In this document: positions 11,125 through 20,506 of the stretch, piece by piece
Layout of the letters: every line of letters starts with the position of its first letter
How positions within the stretch are numbered: the first letter of the stretch is position 1
Source of the DNA: Thermodesulfobacteriota bacterium
GTDB lineage: Bacteria > Desulfobacterota_D > UBA1144 > Nemesobacterales > Mycalebacteriaceae
Direction of reading: 5' to 3'
Assembly (NCBI GenBank): GCA_965205855.1
Contig: OZ242184.1
Location: forward strand, 886,570 to 950,569
DNA length: 64,000 nucleotides
The notes under the pieces: generated by a model
What the model was told of the DNA's origin: nothing
The model's database searches: none
Seen by the model: only the letters and a program-made list of their open reading frames with translations
Position numbers and translations under genes: made by a program

Positions 11125-11937
11125 ATGTCCAAACCCCTTGTGATGGGAGTGCTGAATCTGACCCCCGATTCTTTTTACGCGGAAAGCAGATGCGCATCCG
11201 TTGACGAATCGCTTTTCAGAGTTGAAAACATGCTTGATGAGGGAGCGGACATTGTGGATATGGGAGCCGAATCCACACGCCCCGGTTCAATTCCCGTTTC
11301 CGAGAAAGAGGAAACCAAACGGCTGATACCGGTTCTTGAACAGTGCGTGAAAAAATTCGGAGATTCAATTTTTTCCGTGGATACAACCAAAGCCGCCGTC
11401 GCACAGCGCGCTCTTGAAAGCGGCGCTTCAATAATAAATGACATAAGCGGTCTTGCGTTTGAGCCTTCCATAGCAAAATGCGTAGCAGAGGCGGACGCAG
11501 CCATTGTTGTTTCCCACACACCTGAACGCCCGGGCAAAATGCAGTCCCGAACGGACTACACTTGCGTCGTACGCGATGTCATAAAATCCCTGAAACAATC
11601 CGTCGAAAAAGCCGTCAATGCCGGAGTGCGGATTGAGTCCATTGTGATTGACCCGGGAATAGGCTTCGGGAAAACGCAAAATCAGAACCTTGAAATACTC
11701 AACAGACTTGATGAATTCTTTGAAATTGGCCGCCCCGTCCTCGTCGGGACATCCCGCAAGTCTTTTATAGGCGGAGTTCTCGGAGGACTTCCGGCTGAGG
11801 AAAGGATTGAAGGAACCGCCGCGACCGTGACGGTAGCGGTGACGAAAGGCGCTCAAATAGTGCGCGTTCATGACGTAAAAGAAATGGCGCGCGTGGCTAC
11901 AATGTCATACGCGATAAAAAGCGGGATGGCGGCATGA
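11125..11937 (+). CDS. folP: dihydropteroate synthase
   Basis: Pterin-binding domain, VMGVLNLTPDSF and GADIVDxGAESTRPG motifs. Start at the ATG encoding MSKPLVMG. The upstream ORF extension overlaps ftsH. Confidence 0.85.
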   Translation: MSKPLVMGVLNLTPDSFYAESRCASVDESLFRVENMLDEGADIVDMGAESTRPGSIPVSEKEETKRLIPVLEQCVKKFGDSIFSVDTTKAAVAQRALESGASIINDISGLAFEPSIAKCVAEADAAIVVSHTPERPGKMQSRTDYTCVVRDVIKSLKQSVEKAVNAGVRIESIVIDPGIGFGKTQNQNLEILNRLDEFFEIGRPVLVGTSRKSFIGGVLGGLPAEERIEGTAATVTVAVTKGAQIVRVHDVKEMARVATMSYAIKSGMAA

Positions 11938-12752
11938 GTCAAATTATCGAAATTCTATCGCTGAGTTTTCTCGCCGGCTTTAACATAAAAGATGCCATAG
12001 ACTTGCTGCTAGTTACGGTGATTCTCTACAAACTGATATCACTGCTTGAAGGCAAGCGCGCGATACAGATGATAGTCGGACTGTGTTTGATCTTCGTTCT
12101 CTATCTGGTGTCCGGCGAACTCGGTATGTTCACAATAAACTGGATTTTGAGGGAGTTTCTGAGTGCCATAATAATAATAATCGTGGTGTTGTTCCAAAAT
12201 GACATAAGAAAGGCTTTGTCGAGCATCGGAGGTAGCTCACCGCTGCGGAAATTTCTCAAGAAGTCCGATTATAACGAAAAAACGGTTGATGAGATAGTCA
12301 AGGCGGCAAACTATCTGGCAAACAACAAAATAGGAGCCATTATCGCGATTGAAAGAACAAACAGTCTTATGGATTACTCGGAAGGAGGAATAGAAGTCAA
12401 CACATCGGTTTCATCCGAAATTCTGATAAGCATATTCAATCCGGATTCTCCTCTTCACGACGGCGGTGTACTTATTCAAGAAAACAAAATCACTTCGGCA
12501 GGCTGCTTCTTCCCCATAGACACAAATCCGGACATCCCCAATCACCTTGGAACCCGTCACCGCGCCGCTTTCGGCCTGTCCAATGAGACGGACGCAGTCG
12601 TTGTTGTTATTTCGGAAGAAAGAGGGGAAATCTCCGTAATGATTCAAGACAAGAGAAGATTCAGAATAGATGTAACCGCCTTGAGAAGCACCCTCAATTT
12701 GTTGCTTCAATTAAACTCGGAAAGCACGGGGGCAAAGGAAAGCAAACCATGA
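11934..12752 (+). CDS. cdaA: diadenylate cyclase CdaA (DisA_N / DAC domain, membrane-anchored)
   Basis: Three N-terminal TM helices followed by the DAC domain (DGGVLI, GTRHRAA motifs). Confidence 0.85.
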   Translation: MSQIIEILSLSFLAGFNIKDAIDLLLVTVILYKLISLLEGKRAIQMIVGLCLIFVLYLVSGELGMFTINWILREFLSAIIIIIVVLFQNDIRKALSSIGGSSPLRKFLKKSDYNEKTVDEIVKAANYLANNKIGAIIAIERTNSLMDYSEGGIEVNTSVSSEILISIFNPDSPLHDGGVLIQENKITSAGCFFPIDTNPDIPNHLGTRHRAAFGLSNETDAVVVVISEERGEISVMIQDKRRFRIDVTALRSTLNLLLQLNSESTGAKESKP

Positions 12753-13771
12753 CCCCAACAAGTGAAAAAGAAAACAAGCGCGGAGAGAAAATGATAAAAA
12801 ATCGCGCCGTGTCGCGGTTTTTTTCAAAAAATATGCCTTCTCTGAGTTTGGGACGTCTTGCTCTGGCATTTGCTGTCGCGAGCATTATGTGGTTCACCGC
12901 AAACTATAAATCCGATTTAGAAAAAGAGCTTGAAATACCGATTAACTACCTGAATTTGTCCGACAACCTTGTTATAAGCAACAAGCCGAATCTGCCAAGA
13001 TACGCAAAACTGAGAATCAAGGGAACGCGTAGCCAGGTTTCTGGGGTCGCAAAAACCAATGCGGCAATCAACATAGATATGGAAAACGAAGGGACGGGAG
13101 TTTTTCGCCGTCAGGTAAGTCCCGAATCTATCAGTCTTCCACGAAACGTGAAGATAATCAGAATAAGTCCGCGTGAGATTATTTTTGACATCGACACGAT
13201 TCTTGAAAAATTTGTTTCGGTCAAACCCGTCATAGGCCGACCTGGCAGCGGATACAGAATTGACAACAAACCGCAAGTCAAACCCTCCGCGGCAAAAATA
13301 AAGGGACCGAAAAAAATTATTCAGGATATCAAAGAGATTCTTACGAGCCCAATCTCCATTGACAAAGAAAAATCGGGTTTTTCAATAGATGTCGGACTTG
13401 TTTCCCCCGATTCGCGTGTTGAACTGAGCAATATAAAAACTGTCAAGGTAACGGTGAACATATCCGAATTAAATATTGAAAAATCCTTCCGGGATCTGAA
13501 AGTGGAAGTTCACAACGCTCCGAAGACCGGAACATTCAGGGTAAAGCCCGACAAAGCGAAGATAAAATTTGACGGGCCCGAGTCTATTATCAACAGCCTT
13601 CACAGCGAAGACATAATCATATTTCTGGATGCCTCCAACGCCGGAAAACTCCCCGCTGGCGGAGAGGCGGTCTACCGCCTGCGTTCCACATATCCGTACG
13701 ACGACAAAATTCAAGTAATAGAAATCACTCCTAAAAACGCAAAGATAATAAGAGAGGAGACGGAAAAGTAG
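12749..13771 (+). CDS. cdaR: CdaA regulatory protein CdaR (YbbR-like domain repeats)
   Basis: N-terminal TM anchor with repeated YbbR-like beta domains. Sits between cdaA and glmM, which is the conserved operon position. Confidence 0.7.
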   Translation: MTPTSEKENKRGEKMIKNRAVSRFFSKNMPSLSLGRLALAFAVASIMWFTANYKSDLEKELEIPINYLNLSDNLVISNKPNLPRYAKLRIKGTRSQVSGVAKTNAAINIDMENEGTGVFRRQVSPESISLPRNVKIIRISPREIIFDIDTILEKFVSVKPVIGRPGSGYRIDNKPQVKPSAAKIKGPKKIIQDIKEILTSPISIDKEKSGFSIDVGLVSPDSRVELSNIKTVKVTVNISELNIEKSFRDLKVEVHNAPKTGTFRVKPDKAKIKFDGPESIINSLHSEDIIIFLDASNAGKLPAGGEAVYRLRSTYPYDDKIQVIEITPKNAKIIREETEK

Positions 13772-13772
13772 A

Positions 13773-15137
13773 GTGCCGCCGGAAAAACTGTTTGGAACCG
13801 ACGGAATAAGAGGAATCTCCGGGGAATTCCCCGTGAACGAATCCGGTTCCCGCGCTATAGGATTCGCGGTAACGAAGGTGTTGAAAAAACAAGCCAATGT
13901 TCCTCGAATCGCGGTCGGAAGAGACACAAGAAAGCGCGGTGATTTGCTTCAACGGAAGATTTGCACGGGAATTGCCTCATGCGGAGGAAAAATCATTCGC
14001 GCGGATATCTGCCCCACTCCGGCGATTGTGGCTCTCGTTCTTGAGAGCCGCGCGGATGCGGGAGTTATGATTTCCGCCTCTCACAACCCGCCCGAATACA
14101 ACGGCTTCAAAATATTCAACTCCAAAGGCTTAAAGATTGGCTTGAGCGAGGAAAGTGAAATCCAAAAAAAGTTTGAGAAATTGAAATACGACACCCCAAC
14201 TGACGGTTTGAAAACAATACCGGAAGAAAAACCTGACTGGGAAAAAACATACTCTTCCTCTCTTGATACGTCAGCGCGGGAAGGACGCGACTTTTCGGGA
14301 ATGACAATCTGCCTTGACTGCGCCAACGGCGCAATGTTTAAAATAGCACCGAAGGTTTTTGAAAAAACCGGAGCAAAAATGTTTCTGACAGGTACAGAAC
14401 CTGATGGCAAAAACATAAACAAAGACTGCGGAAGCCTTGAAACCTCACTGCTCGGCAAGATGGTCAGGGAAAGCGGAGCCGCTTTCGGAGCGGCCCTTGA
14501 CGGAGATGGAGATAGGGTCGCTTTTTGTGATGAGAATGGAAACGAGGTAGACGGAGACATAATCATAGCCCTTTTTGCGCGAGAAATGCTGGAAAATGGC
14601 GCGTTGAAAAAACCGCTTGTGGCAACGACGGTTATGAGCAACAAGGGGCTTGAAATATTCCTGCAAAAAACGGGAATAGAAATAGTCAGAACGGATGTGG
14701 GAGATAGAAATGTGTCTGATATTATGAGGAAAGAACTCATAAACTTTGGAGGTGAAAAATCCGGTCATCTGATATTTTCAGACTATTCAACCAATGGAGA
14801 CGGATTGCTCGCCGCCCTGCTGATCGCGGATATTGTAAAGAAAAAAAACAAACCTTTTTCGCAAATACTTCCCCAATTTGAACTTTTCCCTCATATTCTT
14901 GCCAATTTGCGAGTTGCTCAAAGAGAGCCCTTCGACCAAATGCCCGGACTCACCGAAGAGATTCCGAAGCTTGAACAATACCTCGGCAACGGGGGAAGAA
15001 TCCATATGCGCTATTCCGGAACGGAACCTCTCGCGAGAATCCTTGTGGAGGGAAAAAACCACCGGGCTGTTAGGGAAGCCGCGGACAAAATCGTCGATAT
15101 TGTGGAGCGAAGAGTCGGAGCGGGGCGGAGAAACTAA
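13773..15137 (+). CDS. glmM: phosphoglucosamine mutase
   Basis: Phosphoserine loop SASHNPPEYNGFK and four-domain alpha-D-phosphohexomutase layout. Confidence 0.9.
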   Translation: MPPEKLFGTDGIRGISGEFPVNESGSRAIGFAVTKVLKKQANVPRIAVGRDTRKRGDLLQRKICTGIASCGGKIIRADICPTPAIVALVLESRADAGVMISASHNPPEYNGFKIFNSKGLKIGLSEESEIQKKFEKLKYDTPTDGLKTIPEEKPDWEKTYSSSLDTSAREGRDFSGMTICLDCANGAMFKIAPKVFEKTGAKMFLTGTEPDGKNINKDCGSLETSLLGKMVRESGAAFGAALDGDGDRVAFCDENGNEVDGDIIIALFAREMLENGALKKPLVATTVMSNKGLEIFLQKTGIEIVRTDVGDRNVSDIMRKELINFGGEKSGHLIFSDYSTNGDGLLAALLIADIVKKKNKPFSQILPQFELFPHILANLRVAQREPFDQMPGLTEEIPKLEQYLGNGGRIHMRYSGTEPLARILVEGKNHRAVREAADKIVDIVERRVGAGRRN

Positions 15138-15139
15138 AG

Positions 15140-15871
15140 TTGGTCGGGTTGAATATCAATATAGACCATATTGCCACTCTCAGACGGGCACGAGGCGGAG
15201 AGGAACCGAGTCCAATCAGAGCCGCTCGCGTAGCGGAGAAAGCCGGAGCGGCAGGCATTGTAGCTCATCTCAGAGAAGACAGAAGGCACATAACGGACAA
15301 TGACCTTTACGGGTTGAAAAAATCCGTAAAAACAAAGCTCAACATGGAAATGGCGGCTACCGATGAAATGCTTGCAATAGCCCTGTCCGTGCTTCCTGAT
15401 ATGGCAACCATTGTGCCGGAAAAAAGAGAGGAACTAACAACGGAGGAAGGTCTTGATGTCGCGGGAAATCGGTTGAAAATCAGGCGCGTTGTCTCAGCCC
15501 TTTCGGAAAGCGGAATAACGGTCAGTTTGTTTATAGATCCGGTTTTTGAACAAATAGAGGCGGCGGCGGATGCGGGAGCGAGAATGGTCGAAATACACAC
15601 GGGCGCGTTTGCTAATCAGTGTTTGGAAAAAGAGAAAGAAAAAGAATTTCAAATGATAGAAAAATCAGTTCCATACGCGCTTGACATGGGTTTACAGGTT
15701 TCAGCCGGGCACGGACTTGACTATGAAAACACCAAAGCAATAGCATCATTGGAAGGAATTAAAGAACTGAACATCGGATACGGAGTAGTATCAAGAGCGG
15801 TTTTTTACGGTATGAAACGCGCGGTTGAAGATATGGTTGCCATAATCGCGAAAGCCTCGGAGAGGAAATGA
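15140..15871 (+). CDS. pdxJ: pyridoxine 5'-phosphate synthase
   Basis: LNINIDHIATLR N-terminus and TIM-barrel PdxJ motifs. Length 243 aa. Confidence 0.9.
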   Translation: MVGLNINIDHIATLRRARGGEEPSPIRAARVAEKAGAAGIVAHLREDRRHITDNDLYGLKKSVKTKLNMEMAATDEMLAIALSVLPDMATIVPEKREELTTEEGLDVAGNRLKIRRVVSALSESGITVSLFIDPVFEQIEAAADAGARMVEIHTGAFANQCLEKEKEKEFQMIEKSVPYALDMGLQVSAGHGLDYENTKAIASLEGIKELNIGYGVVSRAVFYGMKRAVEDMVAIIAKASERK

Positions 15872-16245
15872 TACTCGGAATCGGAACCGACATTGTGGAC
15901 AACAAAAGAATTGCCTCTGTGGTTTCAAAACATGGAGACAGATTTATAAAAAAACTTTTCTCCGCGCGTGAGAGAAAAATTTTTCAAAAATTCAAGGGTG
16001 ACGAACAAAAACTGGGAACGTCTTTTGCCGCAAAGGAATCTCTTGTAAAAGCCATGGGAACCGGCTTCAGGTACGGAATATCTTTTTTAAACATTGAAGT
16101 GCTGAGAGGCAGACACGGGAAACCTCTTATCAAACTGTCCGGCAAGGCGGAAGAAGTTGCCCGGGCGATGGGAGTGAAACGTATACACCTGTCCATGTCA
16201 AACGAAAAATCACACAGTCTGGCGGTTGTCATTCTTGAAAGTTAA
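15868..16245 (+). CDS. acpS: holo-[acyl-carrier-protein] synthase
   Basis: ILGIGTDIV N-terminus. 125 aa, which is the AcpS family size. Confidence 0.85.
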   Translation: MILGIGTDIVDNKRIASVVSKHGDRFIKKLFSARERKIFQKFKGDEQKLGTSFAAKESLVKAMGTGFRYGISFLNIEVLRGRHGKPLIKLSGKAEEVARAMGVKRIHLSMSNEKSHSLAVVILES

Positions 16246-17512
16246 AAAAGACCCCTTTAAATACCTGGATTCGCTTGAACAACACACCGTAAAGCCCGGG
16301 CTTGAAAGAATCTCAAACGTTCTGAAAGCGGAAGGAAACCCGCATCTTGCCCTGAATACGGTTCTCATAGCCGGGACAAATGGAAAAACCTCCACCGCAT
16401 CAATACTGGCGGAAATTCTTACGGCGGGCGGTTTTTCAATTGGGCTTTACACTTCCCCGCATCTCATACGGCTCGGGGAAAGAATAAAAATATCCGGACG
16501 GGAAATTCCGATTTCCGTTCTTGGAGAATTGCTTTGCCGGGCACGCCGCCTTTCGGAAAACCTGAACCTTCAGATGAGTTATTTTGAAACACTTACCGCC
16601 GCCGCTTTTATTTATTTTAAGGAAAAAAGAGTTGATGCCGCGGTTTTTGAAGTTGGAATGGGAGGAAGGTGGGACGCGGTAAATGTCGCGCAACCTGTGG
16701 TGTCGGCAATTACCAATATCTCAATGGACCATATGCGGTATCTGGGAAGTACATTGGAAGAGATTGCTCTGGAAAAGGCGGGAATAATAAAACGGGAAAC
16801 TCCTCTTGTTACCGCTGCCGGAGAAGTGGCCCTTGGCGTGATTGAAAAAAAATGTGAAGAAAAACGCGCTCCGATTTTCAGAAACGAAAAAGAGTTTTTC
16901 TGCAGTGAAACTGAAAATGGAGCTTTTAATTACGCCGGACCACGGTGGACGGTGAATAACATCCGACCGGAAATAAAGGGAAGTTTTCAGCGGGCAAACG
17001 CCTGCGTCGCGCTTGCCTGTGCAGAGGTAATAGACCGTCTCAAAGGTTTTAACATTCCACCGGAGCGGGTGAGAAAAGCTGTCGGACAAACCCGTGTCGT
17101 TGGGAGAATGGAGTATGCGCGGACAAATCCTCCCTTCATTATAGACGGCGCTCACAATCCCGCATCGGCGCGGCACCTTGTGGAATCTCTCGGGGAACTT
17201 CACCGGGGGCTGCGGTTTGTTTTTGTCATAGCAATGTCCGGAGACAAAGACCACGCGGAATTTATAAAACAGATAGCACCGGTCTGCTTGCGTCTGATAC
17301 TCACCCGAAGTCCGGACGGGAAAAGCGCGCAACCGGAAACTTTGAGAAAATTCGCGCCGACAAACACTGAAACAGAAATAGCGGCAACACCCGAACGCGC
17401 GCTTGAAAAAGCCCGTCAAACCGCCCTGCCCTGTTGCGTAACCGGCTCTTTGTACTTTGCCGGAGAGGTGAAAAAACTAATTTCACGACCCGATTTTTCA
17501 ATCGAGGTTTAG
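16226..17512 (+). CDS. folC: bifunctional folylpolyglutamate synthase / dihydrofolate synthase
   Basis: Mur-ligase P-loop GTNGKTST and the FolC domain order. Closes the folP..folC cluster. Confidence 0.85.
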   Translation: MSFLKVKKDPFKYLDSLEQHTVKPGLERISNVLKAEGNPHLALNTVLIAGTNGKTSTASILAEILTAGGFSIGLYTSPHLIRLGERIKISGREIPISVLGELLCRARRLSENLNLQMSYFETLTAAAFIYFKEKRVDAAVFEVGMGGRWDAVNVAQPVVSAITNISMDHMRYLGSTLEEIALEKAGIIKRETPLVTAAGEVALGVIEKKCEEKRAPIFRNEKEFFCSETENGAFNYAGPRWTVNNIRPEIKGSFQRANACVALACAEVIDRLKGFNIPPERVRKAVGQTRVVGRMEYARTNPPFIIDGAHNPASARHLVESLGELHRGLRFVFVIAMSGDKDHAEFIKQIAPVCLRLILTRSPDGKSAQPETLRKFAPTNTETEIAATPERALEKARQTALPCCVTGSLYFAGEVKKLISRPDFSIEV

Positions 17513-18256
17513 AAATTGACACATCTTGGAAACCCTGTTGAACGTCAGGTCTCCCAGCTCGTGTTCAAGTTCGTTTTTTCCGTATTTTGTTGTGAGAATT
17601 ATTTTCCCCACCGCGCTGTGTCTTGCCAAAATCAATCTTTCAAGAATACCCTTTTCCCAGTCGGTAAGACCGCGCCCTCCGAACCCAACGCCATCAACCA
17701 CAAGCAACTCGACATTGAGAAACCGGCGGAGAAAGGCACGTTCCGAAACCCCTTCACCTCTGTCCTTTATTTGAAGTATAAAATCACCGAAATCTTGAAA
17801 CAGACAGTCTATGCCCTGTTTGAGTGTCTGATCGGCGACCGTGGCGGCGGCAAGATAGGTTTTTCCGCGTCCCGGGGGGCCTGTGAGTACAAAACCCTTT
17901 GCCACCGGATAGGAGTCTATAAAACCACGAATGTAGCTGCAGGCCAAAGCTGACTCCTTTGTGCCCAAATCTTCTACTTTGGCAGACACCATAGCAGACG
18001 GTATGCGCGCTTTGTTGTATTTTTTAATATTGCCGTAAAGCGCCGAGCATTGATCACAGGGAACAACGCACCTGTAGTTATCTTTGTCTCTTTGAACCAT
18101 AACGCCCCGTCCTTCGCATTGTTCGCAATTTTTTTTGCATTCACAAACACTTGCGTGCGCGAAAGGTTTTTCCTCGCCCAGGATAAAACCTCCCCCGCCG
18201 CATCTATCGCACGTCTTCACTTTCCATCCCGTTTGCCGAAGAAAACAGCCCGTCAA
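17498..18256 (-). CDS. AAA+ ATPase of the DnaC/DnaI/IstB helicase-loader type with an N-terminal DnaJ-type zinc finger
   Basis: Two CxxCxGxG repeats (CDRCGGGG, CEQCEGRG) plus further Cys pairs, then Walker A GPPGRGKT and Walker B LLVVDGVG. Confidence 0.65.
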   Translation of the reverse strand: MTGCFLRQTGWKVKTCDRCGGGGFILGEEKPFAHASVCECKKNCEQCEGRGVMVQRDKDNYRCVVPCDQCSALYGNIKKYNKARIPSAMVSAKVEDLGTKESALACSYIRGFIDSYPVAKGFVLTGPPGRGKTYLAAATVADQTLKQGIDCLFQDFGDFILQIKDRGEGVSERAFLRRFLNVELLVVDGVGFGGRGLTDWEKGILERLILARHSAVGKIILTTKYGKNELEHELGDLTFNRVSKMCQFLNLD

Positions 18257-18884
18257 GACCGGATTCCCTCATAATAATTTCATTCAGACAACCCGCCAAC
18301 GCTTTTTTTCTGTCACCCTTGTTTATAAAGCTCCTTCCAGAAACCGCCTCGCGCGCTTGCTTGTTTACGCGTTCTGTGCGCTCCAGGTCAAAACCCGCAA
18401 CCAGTTCTCTGCACATCCTGTCGCGTAATGTTTCCAAAAAATCACCCACGCTGTTTGCTTTTACTCCAGCTCTGGAAAGTTGTTTGCTGGCTTTTTCAAG
18501 GCACCTCTTCACATTGTCGTCCTTTTCCCTTGCCAGAGCTTTTCGCACATTGCGTGAAACTGCCGCAATCACCGAGTGAACAAACTGTTCCGGCGGCATT
18601 TGCCGGGAAGAAACTTTAGAAATGCCGCCGGCAAGAGAACGGGACTTTATGAAAGATTCCTCAACAAAACGGCTGCATCCCGATATCCGTAGCCTCTCCG
18701 GTCTGGAGCTGTTTTCAAAAGCCTTTTTTATCCCAAGAAGAACATCGCGCTTCGGAACTCCCTCCCGTTTCCACTGTATCAAAAGATAGTCGTCCTCGGA
18801 TGAGATTATCGCCCTACCGACAAGGGAGCAGAAATAGTCTTTTATTTCCCTCATATAGCTGCTTTCGGATATCAAATCGGTCAT
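18204..18884 (-). CDS. DnaD-domain protein (replication initiation / helicase-loading accessory, DnaB_2-like)
   Basis: The segment GRAIISSEDDYLLIQWKREGVPKRDVLLGIKKAFE matches the DnaD/DnaB_2 domain signature (GRxLSxxExxxLxxWxxEGxxxELIxEALKxA). Lies immediately upstream of the DnaC-like ATPase and overlaps it. Confidence 0.5.
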   Translation of the reverse strand: MTDLISESSYMREIKDYFCSLVGRAIISSEDDYLLIQWKREGVPKRDVLLGIKKAFENSSRPERLRISGCSRFVEESFIKSRSLAGGISKVSSRQMPPEQFVHSVIAAVSRNVRKALAREKDDNVKRCLEKASKQLSRAGVKANSVGDFLETLRDRMCRELVAGFDLERTERVNKQAREAVSGRSFINKGDRKKALAGCLNEIIMRESGLDGLFSSANGMESEDVR

Positions 18885-19558
18885 TGGGAAGTCCGCGGAG
18901 CAATCTCTTTCATATCCCTTACCGCTTTGGCTATATCGTCCCGCCCGAATATACCGGAACCGCTCACCACCGCATCCGCGCCGGATTCCACAACCGCTTT
19001 GGCTTTTTCAAAATGCAATCCGCCGTCCACTTCAATAATTGGAACCCCTTCGGTTGGAGGACCGAGAATACCGCGCACTGCTTCTATTTTTTTCAATGAC
19101 GACTCCATAAATTTCTGCCCCGAAAATCCCGGCTCAACGGACATGATAAGAACAATGTCCGCCACCGACAAAGCGCCTTCAATTGAAGAAACCGGAGTTG
19201 AAGGATTAAGAGCGACTCCCGCCATAACGCCAAGCGAACGGATATCCGAAAGCACGGACGAAACATCATCGCATGTTTCAACCTGGACCGTAATGTTGTT
19301 CAGTCTGTCTCCTCCGGCCTTGACAAACGCGCGGATTATCTTCTCGGGATTGTTAATCATCAAATGAACATCCATCGGCGGACACTCAATATTTGAAAGA
19401 GATTTAACCACAGGAAGGCCTATGCTTATGTTTGGAACAAAGCAACCGTCCATAACATCAACATGTATCCAATCTGCGCCGGCATCGGCGACGGCAAGAA
19501 CCTGTTCGCCAAGTTTTGTAAAATCGGCAGCGAGTATTGAAGGAGCAACAATGGCCAT
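18881..19558 (-). CDS. rpe: ribulose-phosphate 3-epimerase
   Basis: MAIVAPSILAADF start and HVDVMDG motif. The ORF-track upstream extension (64 codons) lacks homology, so the start is set at the MAIVAPS ATG. Confidence 0.9.
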   Translation of the reverse strand: MAIVAPSILAADFTKLGEQVLAVADAGADWIHVDVMDGCFVPNISIGLPVVKSLSNIECPPMDVHLMINNPEKIIRAFVKAGGDRLNNITVQVETCDDVSSVLSDIRSLGVMAGVALNPSTPVSSIEGALSVADIVLIMSVEPGFSGQKFMESSLKKIEAVRGILGPPTEGVPIIEVDGGLHFEKAKAVVESGADAVVSGSGIFGRDDIAKAVRDMKEIAPRTSQ

Positions 19559-19731
19559 TGCACGATAGATTATATCATAAACCGCCCCGCCCCACCGTAC
19601 CACAACCGGAGTGGTGGGGCGAAAACCCGCGCGCGAATGCCATCTCCGCACCGACACCGGTTTTGCTTGTCCATCTGGTTTCGGCACGGGTTGTGTGATA
19701 GATTTTATTTTAAAGGCGGGAGGCACATGCA

Positions 19732-19929
19732 ATGAGTGAAAAAACGACAATACAGATTCTCAAAGACGGTCCGCTGATTGTGTCCGGAATGTTTGAGATA
19801 ACCGGTTCTTCCAACGAAAAAATCGACTGCCGAGACAAAGTTGCCCTTTGCAGATGCGGCGCTTCGGCAACCAAACCGTTTTGTGACGGAACTCATAAAA
19901 AAATCGGGTTCCAAGAATCAAGAGACTGA
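19732..19929 (+). CDS. CDGSH iron-sulfur domain protein
   Basis: CRCGASATKPFCDGTH is the CDGSH zinc-finger-like 2Fe-2S motif. 65 aa. Confidence 0.75.
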   Translation: MSEKTTIQILKDGPLIVSGMFEITGSSNEKIDCRDKVALCRCGASATKPFCDGTHKKIGFQESRD

Positions 19930-19951
19930 CAGAAGACTCAGGAGGTCTATC

Positions 19952-20506
19952 ATGGCACTTACACCATCCAACATGGTTCCGCTCGGGATGAAAGCCCCCG
20001 ATTTCAATCTTCCCGATGTTATAAGCGGACAGAATAAAACTCTGGGGGACTTTCAATCCAACTTGGCAACCGTTGTGGTGTTTATATGTAACCACTGCCC
20101 TTATGTGAAACATATTCAGAGCGGACTCGTCTCTCTTGCCGAAAATTACATTCCGCGCGGCGTGTTGTTTGTCGCAATCAATTCAAATGATGTTGAGAAC
20201 TATCCCGAGGACTCGCCCGGGAAAATGCTTGAAGAAGCCAAACGGTTCAACTACCCGTTCGCGTATCTATTCGATGAAACACAGGAAGTGGCAAAGTCAT
20301 ATGACGCCGCATGTACGCCTGATTTCTTTGTTTTTGACAAAGATTTTTTCTGTGTTTATAGAGGGCAGATGGACGATTCAAGACCCGAAAACGGAAAGCC
20401 TGTCACCGGCAAAGACATAAAAAACGCCCTTGACCGTATTATTAAAGGGAACCCTCCGGTTGAAAATCAGATTCCGAGCATGGGATGCAACATAAAGTGG
20501 AAATAG
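19952..20506 (+). CDS. thioredoxin-fold thiol-disulfide oxidoreductase (redoxin family)
   Basis: CxxC active site CNHCPYV inside a thioredoxin fold. GGAGG Shine-Dalgarno 7-8 nt upstream of the internal ATG (MALTPS). The ORF-track start is 37 codons further upstream. Confidence 0.75.
   Translation: MALTPSNMVPLGMKAPDFNLPDVISGQNKTLGDFQSNLATVVVFICNHCPYVKHIQSGLVSLAENYIPRGVLFVAINSNDVENYPEDSPGKMLEEAKRFNYPFAYLFDETQEVAKSYDAACTPDFFVFDKDFFCVYRGQMDDSRPENGKPVTGKDIKNALDRIIKGNPPVENQIPSMGCNIKWK

Noticed and set aside
14081-14740. 219-aa ORF antisense to glmM
   Set aside because: No motif, Ser/Pro-rich, and fully inside a well-supported gene on the other strand.
16721-17419. 232-aa ORF antisense to folC
   Set aside because: Same reasoning: it lies opposite a confidently identified gene and has no recognisable features.
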